Source of the DNA: Eledone cirrhosa
Lineage: Eukaryota
Assembly: GCA_964016885.1 (NCBI GenBank)
Contig: OZ024740.1
Coordinates: 237,088,001-237,152,000, forward strand
Reading direction: 5' to 3'
DNA length: 64,000 nt
Shown here: positions 1-11,492 of the stretch, in pieces
Layout: each line of letters starts with the position of its first letter
Position numbering within the stretch: position 1 is the first letter of the stretch
Program-made: the position numbers and the translations under genes
Notes under the pieces: generated by a model
The model's database searches: none
Seen by the model: the letters and a program-made list of their open reading frames with translations, nothing else
What the model was told of the DNA's origin: nothing

Positions 1-1745
1 ACCAACCACATTTACAGTGTGGAACTGGGAACTTTTTACCGTGTTACCTACACGGGCACATTACAGCGTGGACTGTGTGTTTTTTTCTCATGACACCTAC
101 ACGATCTCGATCTCATTTATCTCATTTATTTGGACTGGATGTTGTGGTACCAACTTTATAGAGAGAGGGTGGTGTTGGTGGGAGTGGGAGGATAGGGTAG
201 GGGTAGTGGATTGGGGTGTATATTTGGTTAAGAGGTGCCTACTGACTGTAGGTTTCACTTTGTACAGAGGCAAGGCGGGTCTTCTGTATTACTGCGTAGC
301 GCCAAAGATCTCGGTCCAGTGACATTGTCTTGGAGAGGTGTAAGTGTGTAAGGTTGGAATTTATCAGATCATCCCAGGTTTTTCTGGGTCTACCTACTCC
401 GTAACTACCATCAAATTTGATCGCCCTGCACTTTTTTATACAGCTGTCGTCTTTCATGCGCATCACATGGCCATACCAACGTAGTCTTCTCTCGAGTAAA
501 CAGCATCTGATCCCTCTTATTCTTAATTTCTTACTTAGTTCATTTATGCTTTGCCGTTCACGTATATTACTATTACACATCCAACGGAGCATGCATACTT
601 CGTTCCTTTCCAGTCTACGCAGGTCCTCTGCACACAATGCCCATGTCTCACTGCCATGTAACATTGCTGTTTGTATACAAGCATCATACAATCTGCCTTT
701 CATTTTTAGAGAGAAACCTTTTGTGGCCAACAGCGGTATAAGCTCTCTGAACTTTTTCCATCCCATTCTGACTCTGGCTACTGTACTTTCAGAACACCCT
801 CCACCACTGCTGATTCGTCACCCAGGTAACGGAAAGTGTCTACTATTTCTATAGAACCATCTGGGCAATAGAAGAGGCTAGTATCCTGTGGACAGTTGCT
901 ACCTATTGCACCTGAGCATCGGCCACATATAAAGTCTACGTTCTTAGATAGTTTACCTGTGATCCCACTACATCTTTTATGTACCCATACTTTGCATTTG
1001 GTTATTGGTGTCACAGAATTCCAGGATTCTGAAGCCTTCCTCATTTCTATTTCCAACCCCATAGCCTCCATGGATTCCATCATAGCCATCACTATGTTGT
1101 CCAACGTGGCCATTTAGATTGCCAGCAATAATTAGGTAGTCGCTGTCGGTTATTTGGGAGGTAGTGTGCATTAGCGTCTCATAGAACCTGTCCTTTATAA
1201 CATCAAGTAGACCAGATTGGGGTGCATAAGCGGATATTATTGTCACAGTAGTTTTATTTAGAACTAGCCTTATTTTAATTATTCTGTCATTTACTCTATT
1301 TACGCCGATTACCTTATCTACCCATTTTTCAGCTAACATAATTCCTACTCCACCCAGTCCGTTGTCGTTTCCCACCCAGAAAAGTTTATAGCATCGTTTT
1401 TTTACCCACGATGAATCTGGCAGACCCCCCTCTCCACCTAGTCTCTTGAATACAACAAACATCAACTTCTTTACGTTCAAGCATCTCTACAACCTCATTT
1501 CAGCGACCTTTCAATGTGCCTACGTTCATGGTACCAACTCTGAAGTTGGGAGGGTGGGATGGATGGGTTGGAGGGGCAGGGAGGGGTGTAGAAGACGGAA
1601 TGTTGTTGGTCATCCGTGTCTGAAATAAAGAGGGGTCCTTGTATTCTCACCTTGCAGCGGGAGGTGAATTTATCTTTATCTGTGACATTGTCATTGAGTG
1701 CTTAGACTTTTCAAATTTCCGCAGTCAACCCATCAAACAGGTCTA
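1..1745 (-). mobile_element. RTE-clade LINE, family A, degenerate copy with large internal deletion; retains native 5' coding start; 3' end runs off window
   Basis: ATG at 1613 reads MTNNIPSSTPLPAPPTHPSHPPNFRVGTMNVGTLKGR*NEVVEML (APE start, premature stop). The APE segment is fused at ~1000 directly to CKVWVHKRC...RRLRWYGHVMRM. Highly similar to 6401-9869. Confidence 0.92.
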
Positions 1746-1894
1746 AACTATTTTTTCATTATACATTGAGACTAACCAATTTCTATATCCTTTGCCAATA
1801 TATATAGGCAAAAGATATATAGAAACCTTCATCCATATAGATATCATCATCATCATCATCACCATTTAACATCCATTTTCCATGCTTGCATGGG

Positions 1895-1949
<55 letters not shown>

Positions 1950-2102
1950 GTAAATGAAAACGACAAAGCAAACAACAGAATACAGTGAAGAAATATATTA
2001 ATTTAACGCTTGATATAGTAGGAAAAGTGTCTTTATGTTTCGGACACTAGTCCTTCATCAGAAGATAGAAAGAGAAATAAAAGATGAAATAATATATATA
2101 TA

Positions 2103-3266
2103 AAGTCAACATGACAAAGACTAAGGTCCTTGTAAGTAGATGAGAAAACAGAACCCAGATCCCCTCAGGGAAATGGCCTTGCTCAGTATGTAGGAAAGGT
2201 GTAGGTAGGAACTCCATTCTCTGCCCCAAATGCAAACAATGGGTACACAAGAGATGTAGCGGGATCTCAGGAAGCTTAATTAAGAATGTAGGCTTCACAT
2301 GCAGCAGCTGTGCTGAGACAGCAAGCAGCAAACAGCCACAGGAAACAAGTACCACCAATCTCTGGGAGGGCTCTGTAGAAACAGTAGACAGCTTCTGCTA
2401 CCTAGGTGACTGAATTAGCAGCGGAGGTGGGTGTTCAGAAAGTACAATAACTAGGGTAAGAACGGGATGGAAGAAGTTTAGGGAACTACTACCACTGCTA
2501 GCTGCAAAAGGCTTCTCCCTCAGAATGAAAGGCAGACTGTATGATGCGTGTATCCGAACAGCAATGTTGCATGGTAGTGAGACCTGGGCGCTGAAGGTGG
2601 AAGACTTACGTAGATTAGAGAGAAACGAAGCCTGCATGCTCCAATGGATGTGTAACAGTAATATACGTGAACGACAAAGCATAAATGAATTGAGAGAGAG
2701 ACTGAGCATAAGAGGAATCAAATGTTGTGTGCCGGAGAGGCGGTTGCGCTGGTATGGACATGTGATGCGTATGAAGGAGGACAGCTGCATAAAAAGGTGC
2801 AGAGCACTAGAAGTTGATGGAAACCGCGGAGTGGGGAGACCTAAGATGACCTGGGATGAGGTGATAAAAGCCGACCTTACCCAATTACACCTCTCAAAGG
2901 CAATGATACACGACCGTGACTTCTGGCGTCACGCAGTAATACAGAGTACCCGATGTCCCATGGGTACAAGCTGAAGCATATAGACAATATGCCCCCACAC
3001 CCCCCACCGCAAGGTGGTCGTGGAGGTGCCACGGCAAAAAAACACCCAGCCCACACTGTAAAGTGGACGTGTAGGCACCATGAAAAAGCACCCAGCACTC
3101 ACTGTAAATGAGGTTGGTGTTAGGAAGGGCATCCAGCTGTAGAAATCAAGCCAGATCAGTTCCTGTATGAGCAAGGCATGGTCAGCCGACCAGACATTGC
3201 CCACAACAGGACAACCCGTCTAACCCATGCTAGCGTGGAAGAACGGACGTAAAACGGTGATGATGA
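2103..3266 (+). mobile_element. RTE-clade LINE, family B, 5'-truncated
   Basis: GKWPCSVC..VHKRC..SFCYLGD*..RRLRWYGHVMRM, then a 3' UTR and (TGA)n tail; flanked by TA repeats. Near-identical to 49499-50538 and 61371-62422. Confidence 0.93.
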
Positions 3267-4710
3267 TATATATGAAAGAGTCAGGACCCCAACAGCTGAG
3301 CTCTTGCTGTTTCAATAGCTAGTTCCAGACTATATATATATAAATAAATTTATGTGTACACACACACACACACATGTATGGTTATGTATTGACATATCTA
3401 TATATCTTTCACATTATCAATATATATAAACATTTGTGAGTCTCTTGAGGTATTTTTTCTGTATAATATTTCACCCTGCCATGCTAGACAGTCAATGTTA
3501 TGTTTTGTTTGTTTCTAACTTGGTCATTGATAATTGTGAATTTAAGAAAGAAAGAAAATATTTATCAAAAGAAAAAGTATTACATTTACAAGAGTTTGTA
3601 TTATGTATGACATATGAAAGATTCTAAAGATTAAGCAATTATTAATATGACAAATAATTGTCTTTGTTAACAGATATCTATAAAGAAAAATAAAGGCAAT
3701 GATATCACATTATCAGTTTGATAATATTATTTTATAGCAATACAATATATTAGAGTATTTTATCAGTTGTATATATTTAGAATATACAGAATGATATGAA
3801 GACAAAAGTAAGTCTTGATTACAAAATATATCAGATCATGAAATTCACATACACTTTCTCTCTTTCTTTTCTACAAGAAGCTTTATTAATATAACACTTT
3901 GTACCTACCTCCGAGATAAAACTTAGAGAGCTATTAAGCAGAAGAAAAACCATACATTTTTAAAGCTAATATTCTCACTGTCACTTACATTCTGATGAAA
4001 GTATTACAGAACCATGAAGAACTTAATCTGACATTTAATTTTACATTCAAGGTGTAAGGAAATTCTTCAAGAATTTAAGCATTGATCACATAGTTTGTTT
4101 CAAGAAAGATTTCTACCTATGTTTTCACACTACTTACTAAATAGACAATGACACATTTAATAAAACAAAATGTGTTTCGACACACGTGTGGTACATATTT
4201 ACAATAAGTCTTAGAGAAAAGGAAAATTGCTGTGTGCAATAAGTAGAAAGCACTTATGACAAAGGAAGATTGAAGAAAGTATGGAAAGAAATGATGAGAT
4301 TATTCATATCTAAAGACACAGGACCAATAAGATGGTGATGATGTCGGTGGTCACTCACACCAAAGAGCTCTGTTTAACAATAAATATCAAATCCTTACGC
4401 TTTATGAAAATTTGTAACTGTCAGATTACGAGTTCTAATTCTAATCTTATCAAGATCTGTGTGTATTATTACACGTCAGTACAGTCCAATGCCAGCAGTT
4501 TTACACTATTATCCAACACTACAAACTACAACAGAATATCTAGTGCCATGCTATTACACTATTCTGGAACCCTGATATATTTATATGTGGTTTCAAAAAA
4601 ATAATATAATAAAATAAAATGATTAACATATGTAAAAAATGTTGGTTAAAATATTTGATTTGAAGATGTTAGAAGATCAGAGAAGGATCCTCTTCGTTTG
4701 ATATTAGCCT

Positions 4711-4926
4711 TTAACCCTTTAGCATTGAAACCGGCCATATCTGGCCAGAATTCTCTCACCTCTTTCTGTTCAAACTGGTCATAACCGGCCACTCATACTG
4801 ACATTAAGGTATTGTTCTCAAAATAAATAACATGAAAATCTCATAGATTCGATATTTTGTGAGATAAAGCCTTTACTACAAAAATACAATTGCATATGTA
4901 GAGTAATGTAAATGCTAAAGGGTTGA
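4711..4926. mobile_element. piggyBac-type MITE (TTAA-CCCTTTAGCATT ... AATGCTAAAGGG-TT)
   Basis: Terminal inverted repeats with a TTAA-like target site; second copy at 26009-26227 and a partial inverted copy at ~54136-54331. Confidence 0.8.
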
Positions 4927-5435
4927 GATGAGAATCTGAGAAGACTGACCAAATTGAACAGCACCCATTTTTAATCTAATCAACTGAATCACAAACTTTC
5001 TTAGCTACGTGCTGGTAATGGAATTATCTTTGATCCTTACTCTATGAACTTGAGAGAATCTCAGAACTCAATCTGTCTTCTCTACACTCATGGCTTACAG
5101 ATTGTCACATAAAACCATACTCTTTCCTGTACTCATGACATCATTCTATAATCCCATATATTCAATATAAAGACATAAGAGAAGGTGCTGTGCCTGTGGT
5201 ATTTGCATATATTTGCAAGGCTGATAAAATTGATACAAGTGATATCCAGCTTGAATATTTGTAGGGAAAATGCACCATGAAAAGGAGACTAGAGATCTGG
5301 TTCAATCAAAGTAAACCCTTCTAAAGGCACCCAGGAACCAGGTGTTGTATTAAGTGTGAAACTACTAATATTACTTAATAAATGATTGAAACTGTCCCTG
5401 AACCATTTTCTCTTATTCATATTTGTCTTTCATAA

Positions 5436-5491
<56 letters not shown>

Positions 5492-6400
5492 CTGAGGATG
5501 AAGGGTTATGATGATGAGTAGATGCTTAAGATTTTGAAATATTAATGTATTCAGCTTTGTTATATGTATAAGGTCTTCTGATAGGCTTCAAACTAATATG
5601 CCTTCTCTCAAATGCACAAACATTTGGCTTTACAAATCTATCAAAGAAAGGGGCTGATCGTGAGACTGAACCCAGAAAACTACGTTTTCATTGGTCTTTT
5701 CATTCTTGATACTATCTGCAGGTTGCAATTTCTGAAAGGAGGAGGCAGGATTTGAACTCAGAATGCACAGAGAGATCAAATACCAGAAGGCATCCCATCC
5801 CACTTTTTCACAGTTCCGCCAATCCACTGTCCTTGAACAGATGCTTTATTGACACTGAAAGGATGAAAGACAAGGTTGATCTTGGTAGGATCGTATCTCA
5901 TAACACAGTGTGCTGGAAAAAATACCATGGCATTTATTCTGATGCTCTAATGAGTCTACCAATTTCCTACCTAAAACTATGAAACTTGTATTATAATAGA
6001 CAGGATAAATAGAAAAAAATGCGAAAATTTGTCTGTCTTAGAACAACATCGCTATATTCCAACAGAACTTGACAAACTTTGGCAGAGATCCAGATTCATT
6101 CCAGATTAATCCATAAATGAAAAATCATAATGAATTTAAGAAAATAGAGGAAGAAAGACTGCAAGTTCTTATGGAATGGTAGTGAGATAGTTAAGTTAAA
6201 TATCCTTTCTAAAACAGAACAAATAGAATGTGGTGTTTTACCGTTCTAAAATATAGTAGACCATTAAATTTTCTCCTTCAACCTCCCTTTCTCACTTTTT
6301 TCTCTTTTCGACACTTACCCTTTCTCTGATAATTTAATCTGATAATTTAATCAGATAATTTAATCAGATAATTTAGCTTTAATTTCATTATATATATATA

Positions 6401-9400
6401 TCATCATCATCATCATCATCAACGTTTAACGTCCGTGTTCCACGCTTGCATGGGTTTGGACGGGGGTAGTCCCACTTGAGGCAAGAGTGATTGTCTTGCT
6501 CGCATAGGACTGTCTGGCAGGTTTTCTACAGTTGGATGCCCTTCCTAACACCAACCACATTTACAGTGTGGGTCTGGGAGGTTTTTACCGTGTTGCCTAC
6601 ACGGCCACATTACAGCGTGGACTGTGTGTTTTTTTGTCGTGACACCTACACGATCTCATTTGTTTCGGCCTCGATGGCGCGGCACCAACATAACTTTACA
6701 TAGAACGGGGTGGTGTGGATCGGGTGGGGGTGGGGGTGGTGGGACGGGGTGTATTTTGTTAGAGATGCCTACTGGCTGGAGTAGGTTTTACTATATATTT
6801 AGGTAAGGCGGGTCTTCTCTGTTACTGAGTACCGCCAAAGGTCTCGGTCCAGTGACATTGTCTTGGAGAGGTGTAAGTGTGTGATGTCGGAGTTTATCAG
6901 CTCGTCCCAGGTTTTTCTAGGTCTGCCTATTCCGTGACTACCGTCTATCTTTATTGCCCTGCACTTTGTTATACAGCTATCGACTTTCATGCGCATCACG
7001 TGTCCATACCAACGTAGCCTTCTCTCGAGTAAACAACATCTGATCCCTCTTATCTCTAATTTATTCCTTAGTTCGTTTATGCTTTGCCGTTCACGTATAT
7101 TACTGTTACACATCCAGCGGAGCATGCAAGCTTCGTTCCTCTCTAGTCTGCGTATATCCTCTGCACACAATGCCCAGGTCTCACTGCCATGCAGCATTGC
7201 TGTTCGTATGCAGGCATCGTACAACCTGCCTTTCATTTTTAGTGAGAACCCTTTAGCAGCTAATAGTGGTATAAGCTCTCTGAACTTTTTCCAACCAGTT
7301 CTGACTCTAGCTACAGTACTTTCAGAGCACCCTCCCCCACTGCTGATTTTATCGCCCAGGTAACGGAAGCTGTCCACTATTTCTATAGAACCCTCTGCGC
7401 AATTGAAAGAGCTAGTAGTTTGTGGGCACTTGCTGCTACTTATTGCACCAGAGCACCGGCCACATGTAAAATCTATGTTCTTAGTTAGCTTACCTGTGAT
7501 CCCACTACATCTTTTATGCACCCATACTTTGCATTTAGGACATAAAATGGAGTTTCTACCTACGCCTTTCCTACACACCGAGCACGACCATTTCCCCGAA
7601 GGGACCGCCGCCTTGTTTTCTTTCCTACAAACTAGTACTTTGGTCTTAGCCAGGTTAATTTTAAGTCCTTTTGACTCTAGGCCGTGCTTCCATGTTTGGA
7701 ATTTCTTCTCTAGCTCGGCCATTGATTCCGCTATGAGTGTCAGGTCGTCTGCGTATAGGAGTTCCCATGGGCAGCCTGTCTTGAACTCCTCTGTTATAGC
7801 CTGAAGGGCAATAATAAATAGTAGTGGACTGAGAACAGAGCCCTGATGGACGCCGACTTTTACGCTAAACTCTTCACTATATTCGTTGTTAATTCTAACC
7901 TTGCTGACTGTTTCTTTATACATGGCTTGTATAGCCCTCACAAGCCATTCGTCAACGCCTAGTTTTCTAAGAGCCCACCAGATAATGGAGCGGGGGACTC
8001 TGTCGAAGGCTTTCTCCAAGTCGACAAAAGCTAAGTAGAGGGGTTTACCTTTAGCTAGGTACTTCTCCTGTAGTTGTCGTACTATGAAAAGAGCGTCTGT
8101 GGTACTTTTGCCTGACACAAACCCGAACTGCATTTCATCTAGGTCAATTCTCTCTCTGATTAGTTGCGCTATTACTCTTTCCGTGACCTTCATGACCTGG
8201 TCGATTAATTTAATGCCTCTATAGTTACTCCTATCTAGGGCGTCTCCTTTACCCTTATAACAGTTAACGATGATGGTGCTATGCCAGTCCTTCGGAACAA
8301 CCCCGTTCTGTACGACTTGGTTAACTATGCGGGTGACCATGGTGTGTCCCACCGTGCCAGATGCCTTCAGCATCTCAGCAACTATTTCCGAAGGCCCAGC
8401 CGCCTTACCAGTCTTCATATCCTTGATTGCCTTACTTATTATACTCCCCTCGACTAACACTGCTGGTCCCTCTATTGGGTCGATATGGGGGAGACTGCCT
8501 TTCTCCCAATTATTCTCCTCATTTAGAAGCCTTTCATAGTGACACTTCCAAGCTACCTTCTTATCAGCGTCGGTGATGGCAAGTGTGCCATCGTCGTTTA
8601 GTACACACTTCTCCCCGACAATATCACGGTTTTCCTTGACGCATTGCCTAGCAATCCTGAACACCTCACGTTTTTGGTCATCGCGTTGTAGAACATGCTT
8701 GAACTTTCTTTCCTCAGCTTCCCTTCTTGCTAAGTACACTTGTCTCCTAGCTTCCCTCCTGGCCACTTGATAGTCCTCTCTACTTCCCCCATCCCGCCAT
8801 ACTTTCCAAGCCTGCTTTTTGGCCTTAATTGACCCCTCCACCTTACTGTTCCACCACCATGTTACTCTCCTCCTGCCTACAGGCCTGCTCCAGCCACAGA
8901 CCTCGTCTGTCGCCAACAGCAGGTTTGCTTTCAGAAATTCCCACTCTCCCTCTATATTGTCCGACTCTAAATGTTCTTCCTTACTGTCGAAAGCATCAAG
9001 TAATATGCTTTGAAATTTATTCCTGGCTGTGGGGTCCTTTAGCTTCCATATTTTCCTCCTGAGGATAGTCCTCTTCTGTTGTCGAGTACGTCTCGTCCTG
9101 ACTATGAGGTCGCTAATTATCAGTCTATGTTGGGAGGTGCATTCTTCATGGGGGAGGGATTTAGTGTTAACAACAGACACTCTGTCACGTCTTCTGGTAA
9201 GGATATAATCTACCTGGCTTGTGTGTTCCCCGGATCTATAGGTGATCAGGTGATTGTCACGTTTTTTGAAGTTAGTGTTACAGATAGTTAGGTTATTTGC
9301 ATCACAGAATTCCAGGATTCTGGAGCCTTCCTCATTTCTAGTACCAAACCCATAGCCTCCATGGATTTCGTCGTAGCCGTCACAATGTTGTCCAACGTGA

Positions 9401-9869
9401 CCATTTAGGTCGCCTGCGATAATTATATAGTCACTGTCGGATATTTGGGAGGTAGTTAGCATCAGTGTCTCATAGAATCTGTCTTTTATAGTGCCGGGCA
9501 GTCCGGATTGGGGTGCGTACGCAGATATTACTGTCACCGTAGTTCTATTGAGGACAAGTCGTATTTTAATTATTCTGTCGTTCACTCTATTTACGTCTAT
9601 TATCTTATCTGCCCACTTTTCTGCTACCATGATTCCTACTCCACCCAGCCCATCGTCGTTTCCCACCCAGAAAAGCTTATAACAACGTTTTTTACCCTCA
9701 ATGAACCTAGCAGACCCACCCCTCCACCTGGTCTCTTGAATACAACAAGCATCGACCTCCTTACGTTCAAGCATTTCTACAACCTCGTTAGCGCGACCCT
9801 TTAGGGTGCCTACATTTATGGTACCAACTCTGAAGTTTCCTTTAGGGTGCCTACATTTATGGTACCAAC
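6401..9869 (-). mobile_element. RTE-clade LINE, family A, near-full-length young copy lacking only the 5' UTR and start codon
   Basis: Uninterrupted APE+RT ORF, ~400 bp 3' UTR, (ATG)n tail at 6401-6420, and TA tracts on both flanks. Confidence 0.97.
6799..9834 (-). CDS. RTE polyprotein: AP endonuclease + reverse transcriptase with embedded PHD finger (frame open from FRVGTINVGTL at 9834; first in-frame ATG at 9774)
   Basis: APE motifs CIQETRW, GDLNGH, DYIL, SQH; RT motifs FVDLEKAFD, GVHQGSVLSP, LYADD; C-terminal RRLRWYGHV...GRPRKTW; no stops over 1012 codons. Confidence 0.95.
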   Translation of the reverse strand, partial: FRVGTINVGTLKGRANEVVEMLERKEVDACCIQETRWRGGSARFIEGKKRCYKLFWVGNDDGLGGVGIMVAEKWADKIIDVNRVNDRIIKIRLVLNRTTVTVISAYAPQSGLPGTIKDRFYETLMLTTSQISDSDYIIIAGDLNGHVGQHCDGYDEIHGGYGFGTRNEEGSRILEFCDANNLTICNTNFKKRDNHLITYRSGEHTSQVDYILTRRRDRVSVVNTKSLPHEECTSQHRLIISDLIVRTRRTRQQKRTILRRKIWKLKDPTARNKFQSILLDAFDSKEEHLESDNIEGEWEFLKANLLLATDEVCGWSRPVGRRRVTWWWNSKVEGSIKAKKQAWKVWRDGGSREDYQVARREARRQVYLARREAEERKFKHVLQRDDQKREVFRIARQCVKENRDIVGEKCVLNDDGTLAITDADKKVAWKCHYERLLNEENNWEKGSLPHIDPIEGPAVLVEGSIISKAIKDMKTGKAAGPSEIVAEMLKASGTVGHTMVTRIVNQVVQNGVVPKDWHSTIIVNCYKGKGDALDRSNYRGIKLIDQVMKVTERVIAQLIRERIDLDEMQFGFVSGKSTTDALFIVRQLQEKYLAKGKPLYLAFVDLEKAFDRVPRSIIWWALRKLGVDEWLVRAIQAMYKETVSKVRINNEYSEEFSVKVGVHQGSVLSPLLFIIALQAITEEFKTGCPWELLYADDLTLIAESMAELEKKFQTWKHGLESKGLKINLAKTKVLVCRKENKAAVPSGKWSCSVCRKGVGRNSILCPKCKVWVHKRCSGITGKLTKNIDFTCGRCSGAISSSKCPQTTSSFNCAEGSIEIVDSFRYLGDKISSGGGCSESTVARVRTGWKKFRELIPLLAAKGFSLKMKGRLYDACIRTAMLHGSETWALCAEDIRRLERNEACMLRWMCNSNIRERQSINELRNKLEIRGIRCCLLERRLRWYGHVMRMKVDSCITKCRAIKIDGSHGIGRPRKTWDELINSDITHLHLSKTMSLDRDLWRYSVTEKTRLT

Positions 9870-9990
9870 ATATATATAAAGTATTTCCATAGGAAAGGTA
9901 AAGGAAAAGAGTGCTCTATGTAGGCTACAGAGCTTTTTAGTTATGTAATAAACAACATAATTATTTTATGTTGTTTATTACATAACTATA

Positions 9991-10055
9991 TCATCATCAT
10001 CATCATCATCAACGTTTAACGTCCGTGTTCCACGCTTGCATGGGTTTGGACGGGG
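9991..10055 (-). mobile_element. Extreme 3'-end fragment of RTE family A
   Basis: Identical to 6401-6465 (tail plus terminal hairpin); followed by (TA)n. Confidence 0.85.
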
Positions 10056-10521
10056 TATATATATATATATATAAGTAGTAACGCAACAGTTAGTACACCA
10101 TACAGTTCACCAACAGTTAGTTCATCATCATTTAATATCTTCTCTGCTGGCAAAGGTTGGACATGGTATCACAGACCATTCAGTACTCCAGCAGAGCCTC
10201 TGACTTCCAGGTGGGTTGGTGACCCAGCATACAATCCCATGTTCTCCAAAATACATTTTATTGTAAAACTAATACTTTACAGAATGTACTGGGTGGTTAT
10301 TTATCATGTAAATCACAAGCATCAGAGAGGTTGTCATGGGTTTGGCACAGCTGAAGAGACGCCCCAACACTTCTTGCACAAGTTTTCTATGGTTGGATGC
10401 CCTTCCTATTACCAAGCACTTTACAGAGTGAATTCAATGCGGTCATGATGTAGTTCAACACTAGAAAGGTTGTCAGGCCCCTGACATTACTGTGTGTGTG
10501 TGTGTGTGTGTGTATGTGTAC

Positions 10522-11100
10522 ACTAGGGGAATACCCTGTGTTGGCCTGGTTGAAGATTAGCTATTAATGTAGTGTCAGATTCTTAATGAAGGCATATTCA
10601 GTTTAATAGAATATTAAATTTCTCTTGAAATGTTAGCATTTATATTAAGATTATTTTTCAGAAGGTTTATATTATTCTGGTGTCTAATGCAGTTGTTACG
10701 GATACATGCTCAATATGAAATAGTATACTTCAAAATTAAATTGGGTAAATGATATAGAGCTAACTGGTGTGTATCAAATAAGAACATAAGATTAAGTGAA
10801 CATGGATAGAGTTCTAATTAATTTAAAATTATTACTGAACACAATATTTTGTCTCTTTTCTTGACAAGAGTGTTGGGAAGTGAACCACCAAGAGAAATAA
10901 AATCATTCTTATAGTGTGTGGAAACTGGATTGCTCAGAGATAATTCACACATCCAAATATTGAAACTGATCAGTAGCTATACTTAAAACAATAAAGAAAT
11001 TATATTAAGAACTGTGATGAATCCCAGCATTATGATATTAGATCTATAGCCATCATAGCTTTAGGAATTCTGAACACTCTCATGACAGCAGCTCAGGATG
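10522..11100 (-). mobile_element. Possible highly decayed Helitron/Helentron remnant
   Basis: CTAG-...ATACCC terminus resembling Helentron-type ends, and faint resemblance to the Pif1-helicase C-terminal region; no intact ORF. Confidence 0.25.
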
Positions 11101-11492
11101 TGCTTTTACCAATTAGTACATAAAGAAATTTGTGGGGCTTCCAGCTCTTGAGAATCCTTCATAAAGTTGGCCATGAGCGAAGCAGGATTCCTGCTCAACT
11201 GTTTCTGCTGTCCTCAGAGCTTGCTTGCATTTGGCAGCAGAGGATGTTGTATGTATGTATGGAACATCTATGCCCTGGTATTACTGATAAAAACCTTATT
11301 AATCAAATAGCTATTTCAATTTACAATGAAACTGAAAAAATGTAACTTTTAAATAGAAATGCAATTGAAAGGCTCAAATATAAATATTGAAAGATTTGCA
11401 AATATAAGCACTAAGTGTCTAATTTGAGTTACAGAAGATATCAATATATAAACAAAGCATACAGATTGTCAGTTAAGATTAACTTAATAGGA

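Noticed and set aside
1620-1650. GT-AG intron in the RTE 5' UTR (AAG|GTGAGA...TTTCAG on minus)
   Set aside because: Only 31 nt, too short for a typical spliceosomal intron; no second copy to test conservation.
5630-5827. Possible exon KLQPADSIKNEKTNEN on minus
   Set aside because: The acceptor overlaps a SINE remnant, the donor is weak, and there is no recognisable homology.
6989-9804. Plus-strand ORFs overlapping the RTE
   Set aside because: Antisense shadows of the RTE coding frame, recurring in every copy without recognisable domains.
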